In this document: positions 62,716-64,000 of the stretch, in pieces | How positions within the stretch are numbered: the first letter of the stretch is position 1 | Layout: every line of letters begins with the position of its first letter | Assembly: GCA_030264375.1 (NCBI GenBank) | Contig: JASCQW010000137.1 | Span: 36,192,071-36,256,070 of the forward strand | Reading direction: 5' to 3' | DNA from: Carcharhinus longimanus | Lineage: Eukaryota | Length of the DNA: 64,000 nucleotides | The notes under the pieces: model-generated | The model's database searches: none | What the model saw: only the letters and a program-made list of their open reading frames with translations | What the model was told of the DNA's origin: nothing | Translations under genes and position numbers: made by a program

Positions 62716-63734
62716 AGTCTTTTGAGCCATTCTGGGATCTTCCGGTCCAGTTATGCTATCAACTGGGATTTTAACAATTTATATGAATTGATGTATTTCA
62801 AAGTGCCAATTACAAGTTGATTTTACCTTCTTTTTGGATGCTAGTATATTCTACTTTAAGAATGGGAACAGTTTCATTTAAAAGGTCCATATATCTGAGG
62901 CATGGAAGTGAAAAGAATAGATGTGCCATTCTATGAATAAGGGGCCATTCATTATGTTACTATTTTCTCTCAGATTTGAATAAGAATTGTTTTTTTGAAT
63001 TATACTTGGAAGAGTCATTTCCCTATGCACTGATAATATTTTATTAATTTTCTGCAAAGGTTCCATTGTAACATGGTATTGTTACCTCCCTGTGGAAGGT
63101 TAGTTCACTGAATCACATTTTGTCATCTCCAAACCCAAGTGTTCATTACTGGAGATTCTTTTGAAAGCACATTGGAACTTTACAATGTACAGATTTCATC
63201 AAGGGTGACACATGCCACGATGTAACAAGGGAGCACTTTGCACTTTTGACTCCCCACCTCAGCATCAACATCAACTATTCCCAGGTCCGATAAATCATGA
63301 GATTAAAACCTCAGTAATGAATCGTAACTTCCAGCCTCAGAAAAGCTAATGCACCAGAGTGGTGTCTGTTTCACATCTTAATATCAGTCACCCTGATGGA
63401 CTCGCCAAGTCAGTCCAGTTATAAATTCATTTTATAGAATTGTATGTGACTTGTGTTGCAGCGCTCAGATGCTTGGAACTTGGTTAAGAACATGCTTGTA
63501 CAAACAGCAATCTTTGTACAGTGATAATATAGTGCATTTGTTTGCAAATTATTGATTGTATTCAATAGTCTTAATTTGCAGTCTAAATAAGTAAGACTAA
63601 AGAAAACAATAAATGACAGGGGAGAATGACCCTATGGCAAACAAATCTATTCATTTATTGCAGATGAGCTAGTAAGTGTGAAGTCAGGAATTCTTGCCAT
63701 TTCTTTTGGGATCTATCAATAGTGAGAATGACAG

Positions 63735-64000
63735 CTTGTTAAATAGCACTTTTAACACAATAAAACATCCAAAGATGCTTCACAGGGACATTATAAAACT
63801 ACACATGATACTGAACCATCAAATGAGGAGACAGATTGGCTGACCAGAATCTTGGACACGGGATGGATTTTAACGAATGTCTTAAAGGAGGAAAGTGAGG
63901 TGGAGAGGCAGAGAGGGTTAGAGTGGGAATTTCAGAGCTTATTGCCTTTACCTGTAGGAACAGCCACCAATGGTGGTGAGGTTAAAATCAGGGATACTCA
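63735..64000 (-). mobile_element. L2 LINE 3' fragment
   Basis: atagcacttttaac..aaacatccaaagatgcttcacagg..gtcttaaaggaggaaag..ttcagagctta..ccaccaatggtgg. Confidence 0.75.

Overview
This is non-genic, repeat-dense vertebrate DNA. The repeat families point to a shark/elasmobranch: about 30 tRNA-derived HE1/V-type SINEs, CR1, L2 and Rex1/Babar LINE fragments, Penelope-like elements with decayed hammerhead motifs, and PIF/Harbinger remnants and MITEs. There are about 11 N-gaps. I found no confidently intact host gene; nearly all listed ORFs are SINE/LINE read-throughs or gap artefacts. Manual translation through stops and frameshifts revealed two candidate endogenous viral elements that the ORF track does not show as such. 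(1) At ~660-2750 (+), a decayed Mononegavirales-type L polymerase (CR IV, CR V and methyltransferase motifs in order), split by a SINE. (2) At ~14220-15590 (-), a decayed papillomavirus-like early region (E1 C-terminus, then E2 with transactivation domain, hinge and DNA-binding domain), possibly followed by an L2 start. Both calls rest on motif order and spacing compared with family consensus recalled from memory and need profile searches to confirm. Repeat boundaries are approximate.
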